Positions 26,480 through 39,985 of a stretch of 64,000 nucleotides of DNA are shown piece by piece. This stretch comes from Eledone cirrhosa (taxonomy: Eukaryota): contig OZ024746.1 in NCBI GenBank assembly GCA_964016885.1, positions 77,376,001 through 77,440,000 on the forward strand, in the 5' to 3' direction. The position numbers and the translations under genes are program-made. A model generated the notes under the pieces. It worked only from the letters and a program-made list of their open reading frames with translations. It did no database searches and was not told the DNA's origin. Positions within the stretch are counted from its first letter, which is position 1, and each line of letters starts with the position of its first letter.

Positions 26480-26569
26480 AGTGAAATCCCAGCCTGGGCC
26501 AGTAAAATTTCAAAAATGTCACTTTTACTCAAAGAGTTGGAAGAGAATGAATCATTGTAGTAGTGCAGT

Positions 26570-26813
26570 CTAACCCTTTTGTTATCATATTTCTAATGTG
26601 TTCAATTAATTTTGAAAATATCGAAAAATCTGGAGGAATTGAATAAAATGAACTAACTTTTCATCAGTAAGCTGATGTTTGGAGTATTACTTGTTCATAC
26701 ATCAAATTATGTTGGAAGGTTTTAATATAAGTATGAACACTTTAAAACGGGTGGGCAGTTTTGTATGATAAAACCAGGGATGGTTTCAAGCAGGTTGGTA
26801 TCAAAAGGGTTAA
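26570..26813 (+). mobile_element. piggyBac-like MITE family B
   Basis: cTAACCCTTTTGTTATC...GGTATCAAAAGGGTTAA terminal inverted repeats. Confidence 0.8.
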
Positions 26814-27552
26814 TTGATATAGTTAGTAACAATTTTGGTTACTAACTATTGCAGAAATCACAGACTAAAGAAATTATTGTGCTTTGTACTTTAGAGAAAA
26901 ATCTGAGAAATTTAGTATAAATAGAAAATTAGTGTTAATGGTGATAGAGGCTACCAGCGCGAGAAAAAACATTAAAAATAATCTGTATTAAGTATATTAG
27001 AACAGTAGGTAGTTTAGTGGCTGAGATGGTATGTCCTTGAGACAATAGTGGTATTATAAACAATTTGTGAGAGCACTAAATATGAATAAGTTATACCTGT
27101 TCTGTGAATAGGTTTAGAGCAATGTTTATGATGTAGTTAGTAAGTTTGTAATTATTATAATCTGTTATCACAACTAATGAAGTAATAATAATTTGGAACA
27201 CTTGGGTTGTTTTTTTTTCATTTTAGGTGATATATAAAAAAAAAAAGGTCTTTTGTCTATCAATCTTCTGTCAAAAAAACAGCAAAAAACAACCTATATT
27301 ACCAAAAGGAGATAATCACTGTTCTTTTGGATATTATGTAAATTCTTTTATATGATGGAGGTGGTGGTGATGATATGTATATGATTAATAGTTATGGTGG
27401 AGGCAATCTTTCTACAGGTGATGATCATTATAGTTAATGGTAATGATAGTTGCAGGGGTGGTTTGTCCAGATGGCATTGATATTGTTTAGAAGTTTGGTG
27501 ATGATAATTATTTTTATGGTAGTCATATGGTTTTGGTTGGTGTTTTTCTTGT

Positions 27553-27592
<40 letters not shown>

Positions 27593-27617
27593 TGTGTGAT
27601 GCTGATGGTGGTAATTG

Positions 27618-27655
<38 letters not shown>

Positions 27656-27814
27656 TAACATTTGTAGTGGAGGTGATAATGATAATCATAGTGATGCTGG
27701 TTCTTATTATGACCAATTTTCAATTTTGAAAAGTTGTAGTGAAGTAATAGTTGTTGTAATCATGAAGTTGGATATTTGCTGTTCATCATGATGTTAACAG
27801 CAGGAATTATAGTT

Positions 27815-28345
27815 TTTTGTCTACTTTCTATGCTGGCATGGGTTGGACGGGTCAACACTCTCTGACACTTTATGGCTCAAAGAACCACATCTTGCTCATA
27901 CTTTGTATATCTGACATGGTTTCTATGTCTGGCCATTCTTCCTCATCCCAACCACTTTACAGAGTGTACTGGGTGCATTTTATTGTGGCACTGCACTATC
28001 ACTTTACAGAGTGTACTGGGTACATTTTATTGTGGCACCAGTACTGTACTTTATTGTGGCACTGCACTACCACTTTACAGAGTGTACTGGGTACATTTTA
28101 TTGTGGTACCACCGCTGTTACACTGTAGTTATTTGTGGCACTTGCTCTACCACATTACAGAGTGTACTGGGTGCATTTTATTGTGCTACTACCACTGCTA
28201 CTTTACTAAGTGTAAAGGCTGTACTTTATTATGGCACCGCACTACCACTTTACAGAGCATACTGGGTGCATTTTATCAATTTTTATCATGGCACCAGCAT
28301 CATCAGTTACAGAGTGTACTGGGTGCATTTTATTATGACACCAGC
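27815..28345 (-). mobile_element. RTE-type 3' UTR with internal tandem amplification of the CACTTTACAGAGTGTACTGGGTGCATTTTATTGTGGCAC motif
   Basis: About 7 degenerate motif copies at 27950-28345. Confidence 0.8.
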
Positions 28346-28764
28346 ACTAGAGAGATTGTCAAATCCTATACTTGATGAAAGGATCTGCACTACTGTACAG
28401 TTCCTCTTTCTCTGATTGTTTGCCCGCCACTTCACAGGGGTTACCGAGTGCATGTCATACTGTTATTCTAATACCAATGTTCCAAGTATATTTTCTTCTG
28501 GGCCCTCCTTGCCCTCAGTACCCCCCTCCTCCACCCCTATGCCTGCTTTGCTCATTCTGTTTGTCTTATATGTCTGACTGTTGCAGTGTTTTTTGTTCAT
28601 TTAGACTCCAACCAACTTAATCTTCTTAGCACCAAATTCTTTACTTATATCAATATCACCAGCTTTATATGTACGTGTACATATATTTGTATGTAATGTA
28701 CCATTTCATGAATGAATGAACTGAACAAAACCACAGTTCCAACTTCCATCCTTTAGGTTTTTGT

Positions 28765-29144
28765 TTTCTTCTTTTTCTTTTTCTTTTTCTTTTTCTTTTT
28801 CTTTTTCTTTTTCTTTTTCTTCTTTTTCTTTTTCTTTTTCTTCTTTTTCTTTTTCTTCTTCTTTTCTTCTTCTTCTTCTTCTTCTTCTTCTTCTTTGCCT
28901 TCTTCTTCTTCTTTGCCTTCTTCTTCTTCTTTGCCTTCTTCTTCTTCTTTGCCTTCTTCTTTGCCTTCTTCTTCTTTGCCTTCTTCTTCTTCGCCTTCTT
29001 CTTCTTTGCCTTCTTCTTCTTCTTCTTCTTCTTCTTCTTCTTCTTCTTCTTCTTCTTCTTCGCCTTCTTCTTCTTCTTCTTCTTCTTCTTCTTTGCCTTC
29101 TTCTTCTTCTTCTTTGCCTTCTTCTTTGCCTTTGCCTTTGCTTT
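28765..29144. repeat. Polypyrimidine tract: (TTTTTC)n, then (TTC)n with TTTGCC interruptions
   Basis: Direct reading. Confidence 0.95.
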
Positions 29145-29684
29145 TATCTCATTACACACACACGTGTGTGTATTTATTCATCTATGACAGTCTGTTACAA
29201 TGCACATGAGTGAATCTGGCTTTATGTGTACATGCATGGTGAATCATTTAAATTTAGATGCTCTTCTCTTTGCAACTCTATAGCATTGTTTCATCACAGT
29301 TTGCTTTCTTCTTTTTTTTTTTCTTTGTAGAGAGGGGAGGTAAGTCTGTTAGTGCTGCCCAGGGAATCTACATCACATATAATATACATAGTATTATTTT
29401 TGTCAGTGATCTTGTTCATGCAGAGTCTGTTCAAGATAAATAACTGTAGTATTGTTTGAATCATTTTATAGGCGGGGTTTATGTTTTATTCATCTTTCCC
29501 AGTTATGGTGTATAGAAGAAGGACAATACATTGGTTCAAGTATTAACTCCTAATGTCCTGTACCACAATGAAATTCATTTAGCAAGTCATGGAAAAATAA
29601 CAAACCGGCACTATGACTACCATTACATTGAAAATTAAAGTCTTTTCTCTAATTCTCAAAGTTTTACAATGATTTGACCACCAC

Positions 29685-30112
29685 TAACCCTTTAACTCTT
29701 ACATTACTCTATATTTACTATTATATTTCCACAGTAGAGGCTTTGTCTGACATAATTAGCTGACATAATATCGAATCTATGAAATTTTGATATTATTTAT
29801 TTTGAGATCAAAATAAATGATTTGGAAAGAAAGAGGTGTGAGAATTCTGGCTGGATATGGTTGGTTTAAATGCTAAAGGGTTAATGACCATATTTCTAAT
29901 GAATTGTACCCTCTTTAATTAATTATTGAAAAATTTCGAGGAATTTGCAGAAATTATTAATTTTTTTCATTATTAAGATAGCATTTATATAAAAAGGTTC
30001 ATATATCAAATTATGTGGGAAGATTTAATCTTAAATAGGAATCCTTTAAAATGGGTTGTTTGGTTTTATAGAACCAGAGTCAGTTTTTGCTAGGGCAGTA
30101 TCGAAATGGTTA
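29685..30112 (+). mobile_element. Family A MITE (29685-29884) abutting or inserted in the left end of a family B MITE
   Basis: AATGCTAAAGGG|TTAA|TGACCATATTTCTAATGAA junction at 29881. Confidence 0.75.
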
Positions 30113-30764
30113 CATTTTTTACTTGGAACCATATGAGTTCACTTATGTTAATTCATGCAGTCTGTAAATGTTTGCAATGATCTGTCCACTAGTAAAGATG
30201 CTATAAACTTTTGAAATAATAACTCTGTTTTTAGATATTTTCTGTTAAATCACCACAGTGTGTTATGAATTAATCTTTTCAGTTGTGATGTATAGAAAGG
30301 GGACAGTTGATTCAAATATTTCTTCTTCAAAACTGAACCTGCAGGTTTATCCTGAAAGACGACTGGAACCAAACTTTAGTAATAGATCTACCAAACTACT
30401 TGTTAGTAACAGACCTATAATCATATTTCGATGACTGTGAGGTTAAAGAGTTATTTTTACAACCTCATGATTTCGGGTTTAGTCCTACTGTGTGGCATTT
30501 TGGGCAAGTGGTTTTTACTAAGCCTTAGGCTGACCAATGTAGACAGAAATTGCAGAAGCCCATCATTTTGATTCTGCCCCAGATAGTATCAGTAATGAAA
30601 CAACCAAGGAAAACATTATTTCTTTGTTTCAATCTGACAATTGAATTTAGCTTTTGCTGAAGTCATCTTTGCTTTTCATCCATCCTGCTTGATAAAAAAC
30701 TGGAGGTGATGTAATTGACTTTCCTTGTCTCTGAAATTGCTGGCCTTGTGCCTAAATTAAACAC

Positions 30765-30842
<78 letters not shown>
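30765..30842. repeat. (CAT)n microsatellite
   Basis: Direct reading. Confidence 0.95.
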
Positions 30843-31283
30843 AATTGTTATAATTCTACTTCTATATATTCTGCTATGATTTATAATTACAAGTTTCATA
30901 CATTGTTTAGGTGTCTAATGTCTTTTAAAAGAGATGGGATATTAGGAGGATTTAATTCCATTATTGGAAGCACTTCAGCTAAACATCCATAGAAACCCAG
31001 TCCTGATATATTTAGTTCTATGATATTTTGTTATGAAGTAAAGCTGCTTTATCTATATTCCTGTAGCTTTTCAATTAATATCATTCTTTGCTTTCAATCA
31101 AACTGCTCACTTTCTGATGTCACTCTTCCTTTATTTCTTGCTCTCTGTCTACCTGTCTGTTTCTCTTTCTCTCTGGTCCTGCTCTCTGGCCAGGCTCTCT
31201 TTTTCCCTCTCTGGTTTTGCTATCACTCTTTTAGTGTCTCTTATTCACTTCCTTTGTCTCAATCCCTCTATGTATTTCTCTTA

Positions 31284-31321
<38 letters not shown>

Positions 31322-31780
31322 TTTAGCTGATTAAATACAGAATTTTAAGATGTTTTTATTAACCAAACAAACAAACCAACCAATAAACAAAAATAAAATA
31401 AAAACATCTTTATACATAAATGCAATTATTTATTTACATTTTACAATTTTTTCCCCCCTTTTAATGTTTAATTTGTTATTTCTTTTTCAAATTGATTTTT
31501 GACACTTGAGGAGTTTTGAGAATGCGTTCTGATATCTTTTGACTGGATGGTAAAATTCTCATCTGAATGGAAGCATAATTATTGACACTTGTAAATTTTT
31601 TGATATTGTTTCATTAACAATGCTTGCAAATAATTTCATAATTCTGACAATGCCAAAATTCCTAAGATACCAGCTGTTGGTGTTGTCATTGCTTTGTCAG
31701 CAGCAGCAGCAGCAGCATCATCATCATCATCATCATCATCATTATTATTATTATTTATTACAATTATTTATTATTATTTA

Positions 31781-31819
<39 letters not shown>

Positions 31820-31826
31820 GTTATTA

Positions 31827-34800
31827 CTCTTTGAGTCTCAGTCATTGATGTTAGTTAACTGGAAAGTTTGTTGAAATGAATATCAAGCCACTACCTGCAG
31901 CCTCAGATATTCAGGACGTATCGGAGGGTTCTTGCTGTTCCCAGCAAGCATGCCTTTTGAAGCGTTCCAAAAAGCGTGAAGGGGCCAATTTTCTTTAACC
32001 ATCCCTGGAAACTTTTTGAGATAGTCCCAAGTGTGCCTATGACAATCGGGATCACTTTGACTTCATGGCAGTTCCAAATACTTTTTACCTCCCACTTTAA
32101 GTCCTGGTATCGGTTAATTTTCTCCCTCTCCTTCTCTTGCACTCTCGTGTCGAATGGGCAGGCCACATCCACAATCAGGCACGATCTTTTTTCTTTGTCC
32201 AAAACCACCAGGTCAGGTCTATTGTGTTCCAGTTTCTTGTCCGTCTGTATCCTAAAATCCCACAGCACCTTCACCTGATCGTTTTCTATCACCGCCTCTG
32301 GCTTATGCTCATACCACTTCTCAGAATGTGGTAAATTGTTTACTTTGCATAGGTGCCAGTGGATCACCCTGCCCATCACATCATGTCTCCAGCCCTTATA
32401 GTGAGTCTGGGTTAGGTGTTTACACTCGGATACAATGTGAGCCACAGTCTCCTCTCTCTCCACAGATCCTGCACAGTGGGCTAGCCTCCTCCTTGTAAAT
32501 GTGGTGTTTCAACCACTACGTTTTGAGGGCCTGCTCCTGCGCAGCCATTAACATTCCTTCTGTAGCCTTTTTAAGGTCTCCTCTTTTCAACCAGTTCCAT
32601 GTCTGTGGATCTCTAAATTCAGTTCTCTCAAAGAAGGTACTATGAAGGGATTTTTCCTGAAGGCTGCTCTTTCTCCTTGATGTTATTTCCTCCTTGGACA
32701 TCCCCTGGCCTATTGTCCCCTCCTTCAGTACAGTTCTGAGCATTGGCTCCTTACTATCAGTCACGTATTTGTGTAGGTTGTTTTTCTCTATCTGAACACA
32801 GTCCTCTATGCTGATAAGACCTCTTCCACCCTCAGATCTCCTTAAGTAGAGTCTATCGACATCACTCCTCTTGTGGAACATGTTGTAGATAGTCAATAGC
32901 TTCCTAGTCTTCCTATCCATTTCTTTTTGTTCAGCAACATTCCATCTCAGAATTCCCGCACTGTACCTAATAATAGACACAGCTCGGGAATTTACTGCAC
33001 TTATGGCATTCCTACTGTTCAGATGTGACTTTAATACGCTCCTTACTCTCCGAAGGTATTCAGTTCTTATCAATTCCTTCATTTTTTTGTTCTTGATGTC
33101 ATCAGCCTCCAGAACGCCCAAATACTTGTATCCTTCCTCAGAGTCAATTTCCTTTATCATCTCACCTGTTGGTATCTGGATTCCGTTACTTCTGCTCAAC
33201 TTACCCCTCCTCATCACAATGACTCCACACTTACTAATACCAAATTGCATACATATATCATTGCTGAAAATACAGACAGTGTCAACAAGCACATCCAACT
33301 CCTTCTCACTCTTCCCGAAGAGCTTAAGATCGTCCATGAAGAGGAGGTGATTGATGGTAAGCCCTCCCTTTCCCAACCTGTATCCTGCTCTCACTTTTCG
33401 CAGTACACTGGTCAGGGGCATCAAGGCAAGGACAAACAACAGAGGGGACAGACTATCTCCCTGGAAGATACCTCTCTTGATCTTCACGCTTCCCAAGGAT
33501 TCTCCAGTTGATGTTAACTCTGTTTCCCAGGACTTCATACTTTTGCCCAACAACTGTCTGATGTTATCTGCCACCTTGAAGATCTCCAGTCTTTTGGTGA
33601 TCCAAGAATGAGGCACCATGTCAAATGCCTTTTTGTAGTCTATCCATCCCATGGCAAGACCAGTGTGTCTCCTCTTGCAATTCCTCATTACCATCTTATC
33701 AATAAGTAACTGGTCCTTTGTACCACGTGACTTCTTTCGGCATCCTTTCTGTTTGTCCGGTAACAAGTTGTTTGTGTGGAGGTGATGGTAGATTTCCTCA
33801 GACATAATGCTTGTCAACAGTTTCCACATTACAGACAGACATGTGATAGGTCTATAGTTGGTAACATCATTACCCTTGATTCGGTCTTTCATTATCAGAA
33901 CTGTGGTACCTTTTGTCAACCACTCTGGTACCTCACCTGACATCAAGCAGTCATTGAACATGGTTGTCAGTTTCGGGTGGAGGGATGTTATATTTTTAAT
34001 CCAATACCCCTGCACACCATCTGGGCCTGGTGATTTCCACTTGGTTAGTTTTTTGGCCTGCCCCTTAAGAGTTTCAACTGTGATACTTAAATCAGTTTGT
34101 TGGTGTGCCTGTTCACTGATCTCCTTCTGTACTGTCTCAATCCACACTGCCTGGTCATTATGTTTAACATCCTGCTCCCATATTCCTCTTCAGAATGTTT
34201 TAGTTTGTTCCGCCTCAGGGATCAAGTCGTTGCCTCTTTCTTTCCCTTCAAGCTGTCCAAACAACATCTTCTGGTTGTTGTCGAACATGCGGTTCTGTCT
34301 ATACTGACTGACTCTGTTCTCGTATCGCCTGATTTTTGCACTCTTTGCTACAATGCGTTGCTTCAGTTCCTCTATGATAATATTTAGCTTTTTCCTCCTA
34401 GTTTTGTACTTTATTTCCAGTCTATTTTTAGTGTCTATGTTTTTTAGTGTCCCATTCAGTAGGGACTCAAGCTTTCCAATGTCATTTCTCATTTCCCTGA
34501 TTTGACCACTCAGTCGTTTCTTCCACCAAGGCTCTGCTCTTTCTTGTCTGTTGTTTCCTCTCGCTTTTATACCAAGTAGTTTCCTCACCGTATTTGCTGT
34601 TGCTTTGAGGATATTGTTGCACTGGTGAAGGCTCCTCGCCTCAAGGTATGGGATGACTTTGTTTACCTTAGCTGTTGTTTTTTTTAACTTTTACCTGTCT
34701 ACAAATCTTAGGTTCATAGGTCTCCCACTATCATTGTTCAATTCATCTACCATTAAGTTTAGGATATCAACCAAATCTTGTCCTAGCCCGTCAGCATTCA

Positions 34801-35430
34801 TCTCCTCAGTGGCCGTATCTCTGTTCCAGGTACTATTTATCTCAGCATTCAGATCATTGTCGGCTTCGGGTGGTTCCTCCGTTCTCTCGACCTCTTCACC
34901 TTCATTTCCCACTGGCTCGTTTGCCTGGCATACTCCACTCTCCATCTCCAAGCTAATCTCTCTGCTCAGTTCCTCCATTTCCAGCTCGCTTATCCACCCA
35001 TTAGTTCTTATTACCCGAGCCTGCCCGGCCAATTTTTGTTCATCTAATTTAAATAGACCAATCTCGTTCCAGATGTTATGCATCCGTTTCCTATAGCCTT
35101 TCTCCTTGGGGTTACTCTTCAGGTAACATTGCATAACAGTTCTATTCAATTCTTTCGTCCAGTTGGTTCTGGTCCCTTTCCTTCTTCTTCCTCCGACACC
35201 AGCAGTATTTGGTTGACAGCCAGGTCCCTGCTGCTGAGCCAGGGAACACTTGTTGGGTGAGAGTCTGTCACATGACATTCTAGTCTCCATTTCACCGGTT
35301 CGACATTTAAACACTCTTATCGAGGATTGGCTAATGTATGGTTACATAACCACCGGTGAATTCATCGTCTCCGGTGGTTTCGTCACTCCACGTGACTTTT
35401 GTGTGGCATTATCACGCTGTAGACGAACTC
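31827..35430 (-). mobile_element. R4/Dong-like non-LTR retrotransposon (RT + CCHC + restriction-like endonuclease), near full length
   Basis: KSPGPDG, NYRPITCL, WIDYKKAFDMVPH, RGIFQGDSLSPLLF, HLLFMDDLKL, YKYLG, GGRGL, CRIC..ETVAHIVSEC, RPDLVV..IVDVACP..KINRYQDL, LQKACLLGTA; 3' end runs into (TAA)n at 31741-31826. 5' boundary uncertain. Confidence 0.93.
31903..35314 (-). pseudogene. Disrupted single ORF of the R4/Dong-like element
   Basis: Segments 34691-35314, 34190-34588 and 32516-34147 share one frame, separated by in-frame stops at 34691, 34190 and 32516; a frameshift in the GA run near 32455 precedes the RLE segment 31903-32463. Confidence 0.88.
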
Positions 35431-35707
35431 AAATAAACAAACAAACAGGCAGAAAAAACCCCAAAAACGAATAAGCATAAGTTTCATTGTAATGTAGTGT
35501 TTGAATGTCTGGCTTAGTTTTTCCCTTCCCTTCTCTGTCCGTCTGTTTGTTTTTCTCTTCATTCTTATTTTCTTTAGGTTTTTCGTTGTTGCTGTGCTGC
35601 TTTGATTTTGATTTTTGTTTTTTTTGATTTGACCGGGTCATCAATTCAGTCTATTTATATATTTTGATGCCTTCCTCTTTTAGTGAGAATTCTACAATGT
35701 AGCAGGG

Positions 35708-35846
35708 GCTAGCGGGAGAGAATAGCGGCGGTAGTGATAATGAGGCAGTGGTGGTCGTGGTGGTGGCGGTGCTGTGCTAGCAGCAACTAGCAGGAGGTAG
35801 TGGGAGAGAATAGCGGCGGTAGCGATAATGAGGCAGTGGTGGTGGT
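35708..35846. repeat. Direct repeat of ~47 bp
   Basis: gggagagaatagcggcggtag.gataatgaggcagtggtggt at about 35714 and 35802. Confidence 0.85.
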
Positions 35847-36004
35847 GAAGTGGTCGTATTACTGTAGTGATGGTGTTGAAGTTGGAGTAGAAATTTGAGT
35901 CGACTTGACCAGAGTTTTCATCGTGGTAGTGGTGGTGGTGTTGATGGTGAAATTATCGTTAGTCGCGTATATGTGTTGACATATTTCTTTAATATTGGAA
36001 TTAA

Positions 36005-36058
<54 letters not shown>

Positions 36059-36448
36059 GTTCTTTGAGTCTCAGTCATTGATGTTATTTAACTGGAAAGT
36101 TTGTTGAAATGAATATCAAGCCGCTACCTGCAGCCTCAGATATTCAGGATGTATCGGAGGGTTCTTGCTGTTCCCAGCAAGCATGCTTTTTGAAGTGTTC
36201 CAAAAAGCGGGGCTGGACTAACTTTCTTTAACCATCCCTGGAAACTCTTTGAGGTAGTACCTAGTGCGCCTATGACAATCGGGACGACTCTGACTTCATG
36301 GCAGTTCCAAATCCTTTTTACCTCCCACTTTAAGTCTTGGTATCGGTTAATTTTCTCCCTCTCCTTTTCTTGCACTCTCGTGTCAAATGGGCAGGCTACA
36401 TCTACAATCAGGCATGATCTTTTTTCCTTGTCCAAAACCACCAGGTCA
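36059..36448 (-). mobile_element. 5'-truncated R4/Dong-like copy inside a (TAA)n microsatellite
   Basis: Closely similar to 31827-32215; (TTA)n on both sides (36005-36058 and 36448-36468). Confidence 0.93.
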
Positions 36449-36839
36449 TTATTATTATTATTATTATTCCCTTTCTTGAATTAATTATCTTGCCAGTGAT
36501 TTATGTAATTGAAGTTGACACCCATACATTTGCTCACGTTTAGCTATGTTTACTATGAATTAAGTCTGTAATATAATAAATCCATTGTTTTGGTTCTAGT
36601 TTCTAAGGTGTGTATGTGTTAATAAATGGATAAACATCAGCTTCCTAGAATCATTAGAGCATCAAACAAAATGCTTTGTGATGTTTAGTTACGGCTCTTT
36701 ACACACTCAGTTCAAATTATGCTGAGCTCAACTTTGCTTTCCATCCTTCCAGTGTTGATAAAATAATATACAAGTCCAGTACTGAGGTGATCAATATAAT
36801 CAACTTTCCTTTCTCTCTACTCCCTGTCCCTTACCTATG

Positions 36840-37270
36840 GTCATGTATCTTGGGTAATGACCAAAAGAATATGATCGCAAATACAAGCAGCCTACATGTA
36901 GTATCTCCAAAGAGTCTTTGGAGTAATATTACTCAGTACGGTGCATTGCTCAGAGATCAGAGAGTCACTCCAGGTAGAGCTGCTACTTCTCTGAATTGAG
37001 AGATCACAGCTCTGCTACTATGGGCATGTGATTAGTATGTGTCGGGAAAGAATCGCTGGATAGATTTTGTGGGCAAAACCAACCAATAGGAGACCCAGGG
37101 GCAGACTCCGTGCAAGGTGGTTGGATAACGTCCATGAGCTTGGCTGGTCTCGCTTGGGGATCCAGCCGGATCAGTTGGAAATGGTTGCTTCTGATAGGAC
37201 CCACTGGAAAGAGTGTTTGATAACTCTGACCCCATGACCCTCTCAGGAATACATGGCCGAAAGAGAAGTT
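36840..37270 (+). mobile_element. Degenerate 3' end of a second RTE lineage (Expander/Rex3-like C-terminus)
   Basis: IERSQLCYYGHV..RRPRGRLRARWLDNVHELGWSRLG; second copy at 43780-44110. Confidence 0.75.
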
Positions 37271-37560
37271 TCTAATTTCCCAGGTGTAAATGTGATGGGA
37301 TGTGGCCTTGTGGGTAGTGTCTTGGACTACATTAGACTATCATGCATTCAATTTCTGCAGCAGGCAATACATCTCTTCTTAAACAAGAGGCTGTGTTACA
37401 TATTGCTTCAACATTATTTATGAAGTAGTTGAAATAAAGTGTATTTCAATAGAAATACAGTCACAAAAGGGTTAAAACTTTGGAGGAAACTTCTACTTGA
37501 TCTCCTACTAAAAAAAAATTCTTGTTGAAGATTTTGGTCAGTTAATGTCTGAAATAAAAT

Positions 37561-37770
37561 TTAACCTTTTCATTACCATATTTCTAACACTGCCTATGAT
37601 TTTCAAATATAAAAAAAAAAAAAAAATGTATTAATTTGATGTTTGGAGTATAGCTTAAGAAAGGTACTTACATAAAAATAGTGATGGAAAGTTTTTACAT
37701 AAATATAAACACTATAAAACAAACAGCTTTATATCAGAGTTGTTGAGGGATTTGGTATCAAAAGGGTTAA
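37561..37770 (+). mobile_element. piggyBac-like MITE family B
   Basis: TTAACCTTTTCATTACC...GGTATCAAAAGGGTTAA. Confidence 0.8.
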
Positions 37771-39397
37771 AACATTAGAGTAAACGTCTCCTTGATCTTC
37801 TTGTGGAATCTAAATTTTTGTCAGTTTTTTGTTAATTCTATAGACAGTAACTATTAATCTGGCTATTTTACAGTTTAACAGCTATTGACCAAAATCCTCT
37901 GCAATTCATTGTAATTTTATTGCATGTGTGTGTTTCATACATGTTATAAAGGAAGCCTACAGCACTATTTATCGCAATTTAAAAACTACCAGGTTGAGAA
38001 AGAGAGAGAGAGGGGGTGGGGTTGGAGCTGGTCTTTATAAAAATAGCTACCAAGATTGTTGGTGCAATATATTGTATAACCCATAAACAAGATGTTCCAG
38101 TACATGGAAGCTATGAAATGATTTAACAACAGAAACTTTCAGCTGCTTTATAGCTTTATAGTTCTTCTTTATTCACCTTTTTTTTTAATTTCCATTTATG
38201 CTTCTTTTGTCTCCTCTTTCTGTGTCTCTTATTTTTGTTCTTTAATTGTAAGGGCTATTAGATACTCCTCTTAGTCAGTCATGGCCTACCAGCTCTTTAC
38301 AGATGTTAAAATTGATTAATTAATTAGATAAATAAGTCTAATTATATTTCATCCTTCAGTAATGCTTATAACCATTTAGTTGCTACCAAAGGGTTTTATA
38401 TTGAATTTGATTTGCTTGATAGGTGGCGAGTTAGCAGAGTCATTAGAATGTTATTAGATTCAATGGTTAATGGTATTTGTTCTGATTCTCTATACTCTGA
38501 GTTCAAATCCTGCTGTAGTTAACGTTGCTTTCATCCTTTGGAGGCCAAGAAGGAGGAAGTTCGAAAGCCAGGTACTCTTTGCTGAACATTTGTGCCTCCA
38601 TCCTAACCCAAGAAAGCCAAGCACACCTCCACAATATGTCAGACACCATCCACGTGCTTCAAGGCTGCCTCCATAACCCAATACCCACTGGATGTGCAAT
38701 GACTGTACCCCAGCCTGAGTCTGCATTAAGGATTCCCCAGCCAAGCTCAAACCACTGAGCACTTTAGTGCTGTAATGAATCAGTGGTGGTACAATGGAAA
38801 GAACCTAGTCCACCGGAGTCACAGTATATTACTCCCACTACATGCTGTAGAGTGGTTGGTGTTAGGAAGGGCATTCAGCCATGGAAACCATGTTCCTAAT
38901 ACATGCTGTGAAGGTGTTGGTGTTGGGAAGGGCATCCAGTTGTAGAAACTAAACCAAAATAAAGTGTACTAGCGGGACCTAGTCACCTGACCAGTCAGGC
39001 CTCAGCATGTGAGAGATGCCTAACACATGTATGCATGATAATAGATATTAAATGATGGTGTTGATGATGATGATGATGATGATGTGTGTCCATGATTGTG
39101 TTTATGCCCTGTAATTTAGTAGTTTGTCAAAAACGAGATCAATGAAAAATGTACTAGAGTCAATATGATTGATTAAATCCCTTTAACTGATACAAAAGCG
39201 CCTAATGCCGTCCTTAGTTATGACTAGAAATTGTTTGTTTTAAGGTATCTTTCTTTTGGTAAGAACCTTTGGGAAGTTATGTTCCAAACACTAGGTTGAT
39301 GATGTAAAAATTTTACTAAATACCTCTAAATTCTTGATTATTTTGAAAATGATAATTATAGAGAGTGTTATTTATTAGAAATATAGTTGTGACTAGA

Positions 39398-39613
39398 TTA
39401 ACCCTTTAGTATATAAACCGACCGTATCCAGCCAGAATTCTCCCACTTCTTTCTGTTCAAACTGGCCGTAACTTGCTACTCATACTGATGTTAAGGTATT
39501 GTTCTCAAAATAAATAATATCAAAATCTCATAGATTCAATATTATATGAAGTAAAGCCTTTAACGCGAAAATACAATGGTATATATAGAGTAATGTAAAT
39601 GCTAAAGGGCTAA
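39398..39613 (-). mobile_element. piggyBac-like MITE family A next to a family B copy (about 39183-39400), both inside a SINE tail
   Basis: TTAACCCTTTAGTAT...AATGCTAAAGGGCTAA; SINE tail is split between about 39105-39185 and 39614-39660. Confidence 0.75.
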
Positions 39614-39943
39614 AGCTGTGCCCCAGCATGGTTGCAGTCTAATGACTAAAACTAGTAAAATATTAATAAAATGAACAAATACATAAATAATTTATTACAA
39701 ATTAAAAATTAGATTTAGAACCATTGATGTGCTTTGTATTCAGTTTTCATTTTTGAAAAAAAAAAGTGAAGGAAAATTTTAAAGTGCATTTAAACAAACA
39801 AAAATAAATAAATGAAAAAATAAAGCAATAAAGCAAAATACATAGAATATGGGGAAAAAATCAAAAGACAATTTGCTGAAAGGAATGGTGGGCATGTGAT
39901 GTGTGTGGCTGTATGTATGTACATATGGGTTTATATATATATA

Positions 39944-39985
<42 letters not shown>

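Noticed and set aside
28665-29159. Lys/Ala/Arg-rich ORF resembling a protamine-like or histone H1 tail protein
   Set aside because: It is a translation of a TTC microsatellite with near-single codon usage, a non-ATG start and no globular domain
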